DNA of 63,773 nt from Acidimicrobiales bacterium (GTDB taxonomy: Bacteria > Actinomycetota > Acidimicrobiia > Acidimicrobiales > VFJN01). The stretch's first letter is position 1. Each line of letters starts with the position of its first letter. The stretch is taken from assembly GCA_040902805.1 (NCBI GenBank), contig JBBDWQ010000019.1, positions 1 to 63,773 on the forward strand, given 5' to 3'. The notes below the pieces were generated by a model, which searched no databases, was not told the DNA's origin, and saw only the letters and a program-made list of their open reading frames with translations. Position numbers and translations under genes: made by a program. This document shows, one piece after another, positions 9,013-18,349 of this stretch.

Positions 9013-9557
9013 GGCTTGGGCCAGAGCCGACGGGCCGACGCTCCGAGGGCTACGCCGACCAGCGCTCCTGCGGCCACGTCGGATGCATGATGGATCTTCA
9101 CGTACACCCGGCTCGACGCGACGACGACAGCCACGCCGTAGTAGAGCGGCCAGAGCGGATCGCCCTGGGCCAACACTCCTGCTGCCGTGAAAGCGGCACT
9201 GGCGTGGCCCGACGGGAAGCTGCTCGACAGCGGCGTACGGAGGTGGTGCGGGCGCGGGGGCGCATCGTCGTCCCCCCAGATCGGTCGGTTGCGTCGGAAG
9301 AGGCTCTTGATGACGCCGTTCACTAGCAGCGACTCGGCGCCCAGGATGGCCGAGAGTCGGACGGCCGTCATCGGATCCCGGCCGGGGAGCAGCGCTTGGC
9401 TGGCGCCGATCAGGTGCCAGATGAGCGACCAGTCGCCCAGCTCCGATGCGCTGTACATCATCCGATCGAGCGCCCTGTTGCCCCGCAATCGATCGAAGCG
9501 TCGGTCTACCGCATCGTCGAAGGCTTTGACGGCCTCCTTGGCGCGGGCGAGGGGCAT
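9009..9557 (-). CDS. PAP2-family phosphatase
   Basis: KSLFRRNRP, SFPSGHA and SRVYVKIHHASDV motifs. Start may be GTG 9563. Confidence 0.9.
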   Translation of the reverse strand: MPLARAKEAVKAFDDAVDRRFDRLRGNRALDRMMYSASELGDWSLIWHLIGASQALLPGRDPMTAVRLSAILGAESLLVNGVIKSLFRRNRPIWGDDDAPPRPHHLRTPLSSSFPSGHASAAFTAAGVLAQGDPLWPLYYGVAVVVASSRVYVKIHHASDVAAGALVGVALGASARRLWPKP

Positions 9558-9596
9558 GGGCACAGCGCGGAGGGTAGTGGGCGAAGTGCCCAGGGC

Positions 9597-10409
9597 TCAG
9601 ACCAGGGCGAGCTGGGTGCGGTGCGCGTCGGCCAGGGCGATCTCTCCGCCGAAGGACGGGCAGTAGGCCTTGAACGCGCACCAGTCGCACAACCGGGACG
9701 GGTTGGGTCGGAAGTCCTCGCGCTCGCATGCCCGTTCGACCGCGGTCCACACGGCGGCAAGCTTGCGCTCGACCCCTCGCGTGGAGCGATCCGTGGGGAT
9801 GGAGATGATGGCGACGGGATCGGCGAGGTAGAGGAGCTGGACCTTGGCGGGTCGACGCCCGAACAGGCGCTCACAGAGCAGTGAGTAGAACGCCACGCCG
9901 GCGAGACGTTGTTGCTCCTGCTTCTCCCCGGGTGCGCGGCCCGACTTGTAATCAGTGACCACCAGCTCGCCATCGGCGTCGAGCTCGAGGCGATCGATGA
10001 TCCCTCGGAGGCGGATTCCGCCGAGGTCGACTTCGAGCTTCAGCTCGATGCCGATCGGGGTGATGGTGGTTGGGTCCTCGAGGCGGAAGTACTTGTCGAC
10101 GAGCCCAGCGGCGTCGCTGAGGAAGGTTGCCTCGGCTGCTTCGTCGAGCTCGAGGCCGGTGAGGTCCGGATCGTCGCGCATGGCCGCGCTGGCTGCAGCG
10201 AGGCAGTCGTGCGCGGCAGCCACCGTGCGCTCCGCTGGCTCCAGCATGAAGAGCCGCTCGAGCGCTGCGTGCACCAGGGTGCCTCGGGTGGCGGCGACGG
10301 ACGGTGGTTCGGGCAAACGGTCGATCGCAGAGAACCTGAACGCCAGGGCGCACTCGGTGAAGGACGACACCTTGGACGGGGACAGGCTCACGGGCAAGGG
10401 CAACGGCAT
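9597..10409 (-). CDS. RecB-family PD-(D/E)XK nuclease with Cys cluster (Rv2119-like)
   Basis: LSPS...C, RGTLVH, LRGIIDRL, DYKSG and the C-terminal LCDWCAFKAYCP cluster. Confidence 0.9.
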   Translation of the reverse strand: MPLPLPVSLSPSKVSSFTECALAFRFSAIDRLPEPPSVAATRGTLVHAALERLFMLEPAERTVAAAHDCLAAASAAMRDDPDLTGLELDEAAEATFLSDAAGLVDKYFRLEDPTTITPIGIELKLEVDLGGIRLRGIIDRLELDADGELVVTDYKSGRAPGEKQEQQRLAGVAFYSLLCERLFGRRPAKVQLLYLADPVAIISIPTDRSTRGVERKLAAVWTAVERACEREDFRPNPSRLCDWCAFKAYCPSFGGEIALADAHRTQLALV

Positions 10410-10415
10410 GGGTTC

Positions 10416-10437
10416 AGGGTATGCCCAGCCTGTGACA
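10416..10437 (-). promoter_or_regulatory. PafBC/RecA-NDp-type promoter TGTCAC-N10-TACCCT
   Basis: Minus strand reads GCTGTCACAGGCTGGGCATACCCT, then 6 nt, then ATG 10409. Confidence 0.7.
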
Positions 10438-10441
10438 GCGA

Positions 10442-11293
10442 TCAGGGACGGGCAGGGAGGGAGGCCGCAAACTCCCGGATCGCTGCCGCACAGAGGGTCG
10501 GAGCCTCGAGGGGACCGAAGTGCCCGAGCGTTTCGATGCGATCAAGGCGGCCGCGGGGGAGCGCCTCGGCGGCGGCCGGGGCGAACAGCGCGGGGCCAGG
10601 CTCGGTGCGCCCGCAGCACACCACGACGGGGCAGGCCACCTCGTCGAGTCGGGCAAAGGCATGGTGGGCCCCGGCCGAGCGGTAGATGCGCGCCTCGTCC
10701 TCGGGCCGGCAGGCGATGTGCACCTCGTTGTCGTCGCGCAGGACGAATCCATGGCGGACATACGCGTGCAATGCGTCGGCCCGAAGCACGTTGAACGGTG
10801 GCTTCGAGGCGAAGTTGGCGAGAGCGGCAGCGTGTGAAGCAAATGACGCTCGCCGCCGTTCGGCGCCATCGGCCATCGGGTTCGTTCCGTCGGTCGAGGG
10901 CATCGGGTTCGGGGGCGGCGTGATCGGCTCGTACAGCCACAACCCGGCGAAGGTCCCCGGACGTACCTGCTCGGCGATGAGCAGCGCGGCACCGCCCATC
11001 GAGTGACCCACGCCGAGGATCTCCCCCGGGGGCAGGGCCAGGGCATCGATGGCAGCCAAGACATCCGCGCCGAACTCATCCCACCCGAGGGGAAAGCCAG
11101 CGGGGATCTCGGAGGTGCCATGAGCTCGGAAGTCCACGGCCCAGCGGGCGAACCCACTCCCGAGCGCGGCGGCCAGGGGCTCCCACACGGCTCCATGGAA
11201 CCCGTTGGCGTGGCAGAGCAGCGTGGGGCGCTCGCCTTGGCCGAGCTCGTGAAGACCGAGGGAGAGGCCATCAGCCGTGGGAGCGTGACGCAT
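10442..11293 (-). CDS. Alpha/beta hydrolase
   Basis: HANGF, GHSMGG nucleophile elbow and GHFGPLE. Confidence 0.85.
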   Translation of the reverse strand: MRHAPTADGLSLGLHELGQGERPTLLCHANGFHGAVWEPLAAALGSGFARWAVDFRAHGTSEIPAGFPLGWDEFGADVLAAIDALALPPGEILGVGHSMGGAALLIAEQVRPGTFAGLWLYEPITPPPNPMPSTDGTNPMADGAERRRASFASHAAALANFASKPPFNVLRADALHAYVRHGFVLRDDNEVHIACRPEDEARIYRSAGAHHAFARLDEVACPVVVCCGRTEPGPALFAPAAAEALPRGRLDRIETLGHFGPLEAPTLCAAAIREFAASLPARP

Positions 11294-11342
11294 CTGCGCA
11301 TCCTCGTTCGGTGGTGGGGTGTGAGGCGAATAGCGTCAGAGC

Positions 11343-11765
11343 GTGGCGTCGACTTCGGATCCGGATCTGCCGGTGGTTGATTCCCCGGATGAGGCGGCGG
11401 TCCGGGCAACGAATCAGGCGTTCTACGAGGCGTTCGAGTCGCGCGACCTGGATGCCATGTCGGACTGCTGGGAGCACAGCGACCGGGTGGTCTGCACCCA
11501 TCCGGGCTGGCGCACCCTCCGCGGGTGGGGCGCAGTGTCCGGTTCATGGTTTGCGCTCTTCGGCGGCCCAAGCCCGCTCCAGTTCATCCTCACCGACGAG
11601 GTGGTTGCGGTGGTCGCCGACACTGCGTGGGTCACCGTCGACGAGAACCTGATCAGCGCGGAGATGGGCGGGGGCACGGTGGCCGCGCTCAACGTGTTCG
11701 TGCGCGCTGGCGAGCGCTGGCGCCTCGTGGCCCACCACGGCTCCCCGGTGGCTCCGCAGCCCTGA
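11343..11765 (+). CDS. SnoaL/NTF2-like protein
   Basis: NQAFYEAFESRDLDAM, CTHPGW and WRLVAHHGSP. TAGCGT lies 6 nt upstream of the GTG. Confidence 0.85.
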   Translation: MASTSDPDLPVVDSPDEAAVRATNQAFYEAFESRDLDAMSDCWEHSDRVVCTHPGWRTLRGWGAVSGSWFALFGGPSPLQFILTDEVVAVVADTAWVTVDENLISAEMGGGTVAALNVFVRAGERWRLVAHHGSPVAPQP

Positions 11766-11792
11766 GTCGGCCAAACGTAGTATGCACGCGCC

Positions 11793-12395
11793 GTGCAACA
11801 ACCCTCCGACGCCGCAGTGGCCACCGATGGCAGGACCCTGCGCTCGCTCCGCACCCGCGAGGCGATCGTGGACGCCACGATCGCGCTGCTCGAGCTGGGT
11901 GACCTCCGACCCACGGCGCCCCGAGTCGCCGAGCAGGCCGGCGTATCGGTGCGCTCGGTCTTCCAGCACTTCGATGACCTCGAGACCCTTCATGCTGCTG
12001 TGGCCGAGCGTCTCGTGGAACGGGTCGCGGTGCTGGTGTACCCAGTCGAGCCGACGCTGCCCGTGGACGACCGGCTGGATCAGTTCGTACGTCAGCGGGC
12101 CCTGCTTCTAGAAGCAGTCACGCCCATCCGTCGAGCGGCAGAGGTGCATGGTCCGTTCTCCGAGGAGATCACGGCGCGATTGCGGGACGGACAGGGATTC
12201 CTCCGGGCGGAGCTGGCGCACACGTTCGCGCCCGAGCTCGATGGCGACATCGCCGACCGTGACGACCTCCTCGACTGCCTCGACGCTGTGCTCAGCTGGA
12301 ACACCTGGGAAGGGCTGCGCGTCGGTCGAGGCCGGAATCAGGCCACGGCCGAACGGGTGATGCGCCGGCTGGCCGCGGCGGTGCTCGGAGTGTGA
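11793..12395 (+). CDS. TetR/AcrR family transcriptional regulator
   Basis: DGR..RS.RTREAIVDA and the HTH VAEQAGVSVRSVFQHF. Confidence 0.9.
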   Translation: MQQPSDAAVATDGRTLRSLRTREAIVDATIALLELGDLRPTAPRVAEQAGVSVRSVFQHFDDLETLHAAVAERLVERVAVLVYPVEPTLPVDDRLDQFVRQRALLLEAVTPIRRAAEVHGPFSEEITARLRDGQGFLRAELAHTFAPELDGDIADRDDLLDCLDAVLSWNTWEGLRVGRGRNQATAERVMRRLAAAVLGV

Positions 12396-12396
12396 T

Positions 12397-13518
12397 CTAC
12401 GCCTTCGGTTCCTTTGGCAGACCGAGGAGGCGCTCACCGATGATGTTCTTCTGCACCTCGGTGGTGCCACCAGCGATGCGCCCACCCGGCGCGCCCAGCA
12501 GGCGAGCCGCCACCGCGCCGTCCAGCATCGCCTCGGGACCGCTCAGGTCGGCCTCCAACATCGCAGCGTCGAAGAGCAGCTCGGTGACTCCAAGCTTGGC
12601 GAGACTCGCCGCCACGGATGCCACCGGACCTTGGCGCCGACCCATGGCCTGGATCGCCCGGCCCCGGCTGAGGAGCTCGGCGACCCGATCCTGAGCGATG
12701 GGATCGCCCGGCACCGCGGTCCGTTGGCTGGCGATGGCGTCGAGGCGTCTGCCGAGGGAGATCCCGGCGGAGCCGATGTGGCCGCGCTCGTTGGTCAGGG
12801 TCGCCATCGCGACGCCCCACCCTCCATGCATCGGTCCGAGCAGCGAGTCGGCGGGAAGTCGCACCTGGTCCAGGAACACCTCGTCGAACTCGCTACCGCC
12901 GGTCATCTGACGCAGCGGACGCACGTCGATGCCCGCGAGGTGCATGTTGACGAGGAAGAACGAGATGCCCGCGTGCGGTCGGGCACTCGGATCCGTTCGG
13001 GCCAGCAAGATGGCACGATCCGCGACGCGACCATTGGAGCACCAGACCTTCTGACCGTTGACCACCCACTCGTCACCGTCTCGCACCGCAGTCGTGGACA
13101 GCCCGGCGAGATCGCTGCCAGCGCCGGGCTCGGAGAACAGCTGGCACCAGATCTGATCCGCGTGGAGGATGCCCCGGAGGTGTGCCGTCTGCTGCTCGGG
13201 TGTGCCAAAGGCAAGGATCGAGCCGCCCGCCAGCACGTGTCCGACCATGTTGATCCACGGCGGCACCTCGGCGAGGGCACACTCGGTGGTCCAGACCGCT
13301 GTGTGCTCCGGGGTGAGCCCGCGCCCTCCGTGCTTCGTCGGCCAGTGCAGCCCGACCCACCCGTGCGCGGCCAAGTGGCGCTGCCATGCGCGACCTTCCT
13401 CCGCGAGATCGGGGGGCAGGATGGCTCCATAGTCCCGGGGTGCGACGTGGCGGTTCTCGCCGAGCCAGGACCGTGCTTGCTCGCGCAGTTCGTCCACGCT
13501 GACATCGTTGCCTTCCAC
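12397..13518 (-). CDS. Acyl-CoA dehydrogenase family protein
   Basis: WCQLFSEPGAGSDLAGL, NGQKVW and IAGGTTEVQKNIIGER. Confidence 0.92.
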   Translation of the reverse strand: MEGNDVSVDELREQARSWLGENRHVAPRDYGAILPPDLAEEGRAWQRHLAAHGWVGLHWPTKHGGRGLTPEHTAVWTTECALAEVPPWINMVGHVLAGGSILAFGTPEQQTAHLRGILHADQIWCQLFSEPGAGSDLAGLSTTAVRDGDEWVVNGQKVWCSNGRVADRAILLARTDPSARPHAGISFFLVNMHLAGIDVRPLRQMTGGSEFDEVFLDQVRLPADSLLGPMHGGWGVAMATLTNERGHIGSAGISLGRRLDAIASQRTAVPGDPIAQDRVAELLSRGRAIQAMGRRQGPVASVAASLAKLGVTELLFDAAMLEADLSGPEAMLDGAVAARLLGAPGGRIAGGTTEVQKNIIGERLLGLPKEPKA

Positions 13519-13581
13519 GACCGCGACGCTATGCGCGGCGCTGATTGATGAGATGCTGGTGGGACGTGGAGGAGGGCGATC

Positions 13582-14004
13582 ATGGAACTGCGGGTACTGG
13601 TGCTGACCGAGGACGCGCAGCTCGGCGAGCTGGTCAAGGCGCAGGTCGACAACCTCGGGTGCACCTGCAACCTCGTCACCAGCTATGACGGCGCCGCCTC
13701 ACGTGTGGAATGGGCCGACGGAGCCGTCATCGATCTTGTCGGGGAGGGGTTGGACGATCTTCGGCGCCTTCGGGTCGCAGCGCCCTCGCTGCCGGTGCTC
13801 GCCATCGCCCCCGACATCGCGATCGGCGCGGGCGCGCGGTCGGCGGGTGTGCAGCAGGTCCTGATCGAGCCCTTCTCCATTGCCGACATCGTCGATGGTG
13901 TCCGGGCGCTGGCGGCGCAGGAGTCGAGGACGATCATCGACCTCGACGAACAGGCCAGATCGGATCTGGTGCCCGACGACAAGCCCTGGTGGGCCACCCG
14001 CTGA
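13582..14004 (+). CDS. Stand-alone atypical receiver (REC) domain protein
   Basis: SD GGAGAGGG upstream. REC pattern VLVLTED...DGAVIDL...PVLAI...EPFS, with the conserved Lys apparently replaced by Glu. Confidence 0.7.
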   Translation: MELRVLVLTEDAQLGELVKAQVDNLGCTCNLVTSYDGAASRVEWADGAVIDLVGEGLDDLRRLRVAAPSLPVLAIAPDIAIGAGARSAGVQQVLIEPFSIADIVDGVRALAAQESRTIIDLDEQARSDLVPDDKPWWATR

Positions 14005-14026
14005 GCGGCGCGGGGCGCGCGGCGTT

Positions 14027-14920
14027 CTAGCCCATGGACTTCAACGCGAGCATCATCTCTTCGTTGAGGTTGGCGGGGACCTCGTAGCCATCTTCCTTGC
14101 GGATGTCGTCGAAGTGGTCGCGCACCGACTCGGCTGACAGCTTCTCGTCGTAGTACCCGGGCGTGACACCGATGAAGACGCGGGCCACGCGCCCGCCGCC
14201 AACTGAGTACACCTCGCCGGTGACAGGGCAGTCCTCGTGAGCCAGGTAGGTCACGACAGGCGTGACGAGCTCTGGGGCCAGCTTGTCAGCCGCTGCACCG
14301 AGAAGCTCTTCGGTCAGGCGCGTCTTGGCGACTGGCGCGATGGCGTTGACCTTGATGTTGTTCTTCGCGCCTTCGACCGCCAGTACGCGGGTGAGGCCCA
14401 CGAGACCCATCTTGGCGGCGCCGTAGTTGCCCTGGCCGAAGTTACCGAAGATCCCAGCACCGGAAGAGGTGTTGATGATGCGGCCGTAGCCCTGGTCGCG
14501 CATGATCTGCCATGCGGGCTGGGTGACGAAGAACGCACCGCGCAGGTGCACGTCGAGCACGGGGGTGAGCTGATCTGGAGTCATGTTCTTGAACGACGTG
14601 TCGCGCAGGATGCCGGCGTTGTTGATGATGATGTCGATACGACCGAAGCTGTCCATGGCGGTCTGCACGATCGACTGACCGCCTTCGGGGGTGGCCACGC
14701 TGTCGTAGTTGGCCACGGCCTCGCCGCCGCTGGCCTTGATCTCGTCGACGACCTTCTGGGCCGCGGTCTCGGAGTGGCCGACGCCGTCGCTGCTGCCGCC
14801 GAGGTCGTTCACGACGATCAAGGCGCCTCGCTCGGCCAGATCCAGCGCGTGTGAGCGACCGAGGCCACCCCCGGCCCCTGTGATGATCGCGACCTTGCCG
14901 TCGAACCCGAGATCAGTCAT
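14027..14920 (-). CDS. SDR, hydroxyacyl-CoA dehydrogenase-like (MFE-2 type)
   Basis: TGAGGGLG, VVNDLGG, NNAGILRD and GNFGQGNYGAAK. Confidence 0.9.
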   Translation of the reverse strand: MTDLGFDGKVAIITGAGGGLGRSHALDLAERGALIVVNDLGGSSDGVGHSETAAQKVVDEIKASGGEAVANYDSVATPEGGQSIVQTAMDSFGRIDIIINNAGILRDTSFKNMTPDQLTPVLDVHLRGAFFVTQPAWQIMRDQGYGRIINTSSGAGIFGNFGQGNYGAAKMGLVGLTRVLAVEGAKNNIKVNAIAPVAKTRLTEELLGAAADKLAPELVTPVVTYLAHEDCPVTGEVYSVGGGRVARVFIGVTPGYYDEKLSAESVRDHFDDIRKEDGYEVPANLNEEMMLALKSMG

Positions 14921-15001
14921 GCCGTGCTCCTGCGTCGTGGATTGAGAACCCAGCGAGCGTAGGCGGGGCCCTGTGGGAGGTCCGAATCCCGCGACGCTGG
15001 G

Positions 15002-15163
15002 TCAGCGACGACCGCGACTGTCGAGCCAGGAGGCCGCGGCGAGCAGCATGTAGGTGAGTGCGACGCCGATCGTGATCTCGCGGTACGCGTCTTGCGCCAC
15101 TGGCACCAGCGCGAGGCACACGAGGGCGGTGATGGCGAAGAACTGGGCTCGTTTGTCGCTCAT
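15002..15163 (-). CDS. Small two-TM membrane protein (53 aa)
   Basis: ATG overlaps the PiT stop (ATGA). Two hydrophobic segments and a basic tail (MSDKRAQFFAITALVCLALVPV...LAAASWLDSRGRR). Confidence 0.7.
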   Translation of the reverse strand: MSDKRAQFFAITALVCLALVPVAQDAYREITIGVALTYMLLAAASWLDSRGRR

Positions 15164-16155
15164 GCGAATGCCGCCACCAGCCAATAGGTCAGGGCCGAGA
15201 TAACGAACGCCCCAGGGATCGTGAGCACCCAGGCCCACACGACTCGACCGGCGACCCCCCACCGCACTGCCGACAGGCGACGGGCTGCCCCCACGCCCAC
15301 GATGGCGCCGGTGATCGTGTGGGTCGTCGACACCGGGATCCCCGCCGCTGACGTGAAGAACAGGGTGGCTGCTGCCGCGGATTCGGCGGCCATGCCTCCG
15401 GCGGGTTGGAGTCGTGTGATCTTGGAGCCCATCGTCTTCACGATGCGCCAGCCGCCCGTAAGGGTGCCGAGGCCGATGGCCGTGTGCGCGGAGAGCACGA
15501 CCCAGAGGGGCACGTCGGCGTCGCCTGGCAGATGGTTTCCCGCGATGAGCAGGGCGAGGATGATCCCCATCGTCTTCTGTGCGTCGTTGGCGCCGTGCCC
15601 GAGGCTGAACGCCGCCGCCGACACGAGCTGTCCGCGCCGGAAGCCCTTGTTGAGGCGGTCGACGCGACGCACGCGGTGGAAGAGCCATCCGAAGAGCACC
15701 GTGAGGAGCAGGCCCAAGGCCAGCCCGATCAGGGGCGAAAGGATGATGAACAGGCCGATCTTGCGCAGACCCTCGCTCACGAGCACGGCGAAGCCGGCCT
15801 TGGCCACTGCAGCGCCCGCCATGCCACCGACGAGTGCATGGGAGGAGCTGGTCGGCAGCCCGAGGTAGAAGGTGATGAGGTCCCAGACGATGGCGCCGAC
15901 AAGTCCGGCGAAGATGACTCCGATCGAGAGCACGTCTTGCACCACCACGTCCTTGGCGATCGTGGTTGCAACATGGGTGCCGAAGATGAGGAAGGCGATG
16001 AAGTTGAACGAGGCGGCCCACATCACCGCCTGGCGGGGGGTGAGCACGCGCGTCGAGACGACGGTGGCGATCGAGTTGGCGGCGTCGTGGAACCCGTTGA
16101 CGAAATCGAACCCCAGGGCGACGAGCACCACAAATACGAGGGTGAGATCCTCCAT
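15160..16155 (-). CDS. pit: Inorganic phosphate transporter (PiT family)
   Basis: GFHDAANSIAT, HGANDAQK and PVSTTH signature motifs. Confidence 0.93.
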   Translation of the reverse strand: MEDLTLVFVVLVALGFDFVNGFHDAANSIATVVSTRVLTPRQAVMWAASFNFIAFLIFGTHVATTIAKDVVVQDVLSIGVIFAGLVGAIVWDLITFYLGLPTSSSHALVGGMAGAAVAKAGFAVLVSEGLRKIGLFIILSPLIGLALGLLLTVLFGWLFHRVRRVDRLNKGFRRGQLVSAAAFSLGHGANDAQKTMGIILALLIAGNHLPGDADVPLWVVLSAHTAIGLGTLTGGWRIVKTMGSKITRLQPAGGMAAESAAAATLFFTSAAGIPVSTTHTITGAIVGVGAARRLSAVRWGVAGRVVWAWVLTIPGAFVISALTYWLVAAFA

Positions 16156-16160
16156 GCTGG

Positions 16161-16784
16161 TCAGGCGTGCTTGAGCACGATCGACTCGACGACATCAGAG
16201 ATGTCTTCGATCGTGTTCAGAGCGCCCTCGAGGGCCTCCACGATGCCCTTCAGACGTAGCACTTCCAGCGCATCGAGCTCGCCGCTGTAGAGGCGGGCGA
16301 GGATGCGGCGATACACCGCGTCCCCGTCGCTCTCGAGCTGGTCGATGGAATCAAGGTGGGGTTGCACGCCCTTCATGGACTGGAGCCTGCTGATCAGCAG
16401 CTCGGCTTCCTCGGCCATGCGCACGAGCAGGTCCGCTTGCTCCCGCATCTCCGACAAAGAGCCGGACGGTTTGGTGAGCACAAGCAGCTCGGACACGGTC
16501 TGGATGTCATCGACGACGTCGTCGAGCTCCTCGGCGAGCGCGTGGATGTCCTCCCGGTCGAACGGCGTGACGAACGTCGAGTTGAGGCGCTGCAAGATGT
16601 CATTGGTGATCTCGTCGCCGCGCCGTTCGCACTCACGGATGCCGTCATGGCCCTTTGCCCGCTCCTCGCCGCTGTCCATGGCGATCACATCGCGGAGCCG
16701 CCGGGCGCACTCCGCAGCGTTCGCCGCCGCGGCGTCGAAAAGTGGGAAGAACTTGTCGTCGGTGGGGAGCAGCCGGAATCGCAC
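16161..16784 (-). CDS. DUF47 / PhoU-like Pit accessory protein
   Basis: ERRGD...TFVTPFDREDI and ESDGD motifs, directly upstream of pit. Confidence 0.92.
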   Translation of the reverse strand: MRFRLLPTDDKFFPLFDAAAANAAECARRLRDVIAMDSGEERAKGHDGIRECERRGDEITNDILQRLNSTFVTPFDREDIHALAEELDDVVDDIQTVSELLVLTKPSGSLSEMREQADLLVRMAEEAELLISRLQSMKGVQPHLDSIDQLESDGDAVYRRILARLYSGELDALEVLRLKGIVEALEGALNTIEDISDVVESIVLKHA

Positions 16785-16823
16785 GCCGAGGACGCTACCC
16801 GAGCGACAAGGTCCGCCTGACCG

Positions 16824-17651
16824 CTAGCGGCGCTGCAGCTTCGAGAGGAGCCGGAGGAGCTCCAGGTACAGCCAGATCAGGGTGACCAGCAGGCCAAACG
16901 CGGCGTACCACTCCATGTAGCGGGGTGCCCCCGCCTCCACGCCCCGCTCGACGAAGTCGAAGTCGAGGAGCAGGTTGAACGCGGCCACGCCCACGATCAG
17001 GAGGCTGATCCCGATCCCCATGGCGCTGGAGGACTCGAGGAACGCGAGGTTGCCACCGAAGAGGCCTAGGACCAGGTTCACGATGTAGACGAGCATGATG
17101 CCGCCAGTGGCAGCGACGATGCCCATGCGGAGCTTGTCCGTGACCTTGATGATCCGGGTCGCGAACAGGAAGAGCATCACCGCGAAGACGCCGATGGTCA
17201 TCGCTACCGCTTGCACCACGATGCCGTCGTACGCGGTGTTGTAGAGCGCCGAGATGGCGCCGAGCAGCGCGCCCTCCAGCAGGGCGTAGATGGGGGCCGT
17301 GAATCGGGCCAGCTTGGGCTTGAAGATCGTGACCATCGCGACGCCGAGGCCGCCAAACAGCACCAGGAACAGCCAGCCAGGCATGGCGACCACGTCGTTC
17401 GTGCGCTCCACGCTGTTCCAACCGAACACGCCGGCAACCACCACGAGGGTGAGCAGGGCGCCCGACGCCCACGCCACCCCGTTGAGGGTCATGGTGTCCT
17501 CACCAACGACGGGCCCCCGGTAGGCGGGCGCGTCGTACGCGCTCTCGAGCGACTGGCCTGCCGCCCACCCTGGTGCCGCTTCAGCGGTCGCGGTGCCAGC
17601 GCGCGCTTGCTCGAAGACCTTGTCGTTCAGGGCGGGGTTGGACGTACGCAT
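16824..17651 (-). CDS. Bax inhibitor-1/YccA family membrane protein
   Basis: MRTSNP N-terminus, multiple TM segments, C-terminal LLLDFDFVE.G...APRYMEWYAAFGLLVTLIWLYLELLRLL. Confidence 0.9.
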   Translation of the reverse strand: MRTSNPALNDKVFEQARAGTATAEAAPGWAAGQSLESAYDAPAYRGPVVGEDTMTLNGVAWASGALLTLVVVAGVFGWNSVERTNDVVAMPGWLFLVLFGGLGVAMVTIFKPKLARFTAPIYALLEGALLGAISALYNTAYDGIVVQAVAMTIGVFAVMLFLFATRIIKVTDKLRMGIVAATGGIMLVYIVNLVLGLFGGNLAFLESSSAMGIGISLLIVGVAAFNLLLDFDFVERGVEAGAPRYMEWYAAFGLLVTLIWLYLELLRLLSKLQRR

Positions 17652-17688
17652 CGTCCCATTGTGCCCGATGCGACACCGAAACAGGTGG

Positions 17689-18336
17689 TCAGCGCACCGA
17701 TCGGGCGACGCGCACCGCGATGTGGACGGCGTGATCGGCCAGTCGCTCGTAGAACCTGGCCACGAGCACGGCGTCAGCGGCCTGGGCGGTATCGATCGCG
17801 CCGCTGAGCAGTTCCTTCGTGAGCTCGGTGTGGAGGTCGTCTACCTCGTCGTCCTCTGCCTCGAGGCGCTCGCCGGCGGTGGGGTCGCGGTCGGAGAAGG
17901 CGTCTGCTGCGGATCGCCACAGCCCAGCGGTGACCGTTCCCATCCGCTCGAGCATGCCCCGAGCGGCCGGTGTGACCTGCGAGGCAAGGCCAGTCCCGGC
18001 CCGCTTTGCGATGTGCACCGCAAGGTCCCCAGAGCGCTCCAGCTCAGGCACGATCCGGATCAGCGTGAGCGCGTAGCGCAGCTCGCCGGCGACCGGTGCC
18101 TGCAGGAGCAGCAGCCGTTCGATGTCGGTCTCGAGCTCGACCATGAGACCGTCGATCGTGGTCTCGCCCGCCCTGACCACGGCCAGCGCGTCCGCATCTG
18201 CTCCGAGCAGCGCCTCGTTGGCTGCCGCCACCGCTTCGGACACCAACGCGAAGAGCCGAACCACCTTCTGATTGATCGCATCGATCTCACGGTGGTAGCC
18301 GACCCGGAGCTGCTGGGGCGGCGGCTGCTCGTCCAT
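17689..18336 (-). CDS. phoU: Phosphate signalling protein PhoU
   Basis: LQAPVAGELR, ELERSGDLAVHIA, DDEVDDL and RFYERLADHAVHIA. Confidence 0.9.
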   Translation of the reverse strand: MDEQPPPQQLRVGYHREIDAINQKVVRLFALVSEAVAAANEALLGADADALAVVRAGETTIDGLMVELETDIERLLLLQAPVAGELRYALTLIRIVPELERSGDLAVHIAKRAGTGLASQVTPAARGMLERMGTVTAGLWRSAADAFSDRDPTAGERLEAEDDEVDDLHTELTKELLSGAIDTAQAADAVLVARFYERLADHAVHIAVRVARSVR

Positions 18337-18349
18337 CAGCGGCCGGCGT

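Noticed and set aside
9597-10409. Cas4 assignment for the Cys-cluster nuclease
   Set aside because: No CRISPR or cas context. The motifs fit the stand-alone actinobacterial RecB-family nuclease.
14949-15001. GGTCCGAATCCC, resembling a tRNA T-loop, inside an imperfect hairpin
   Set aside because: No T-stem pairing or cloverleaf and too short. More likely an intergenic hairpin.
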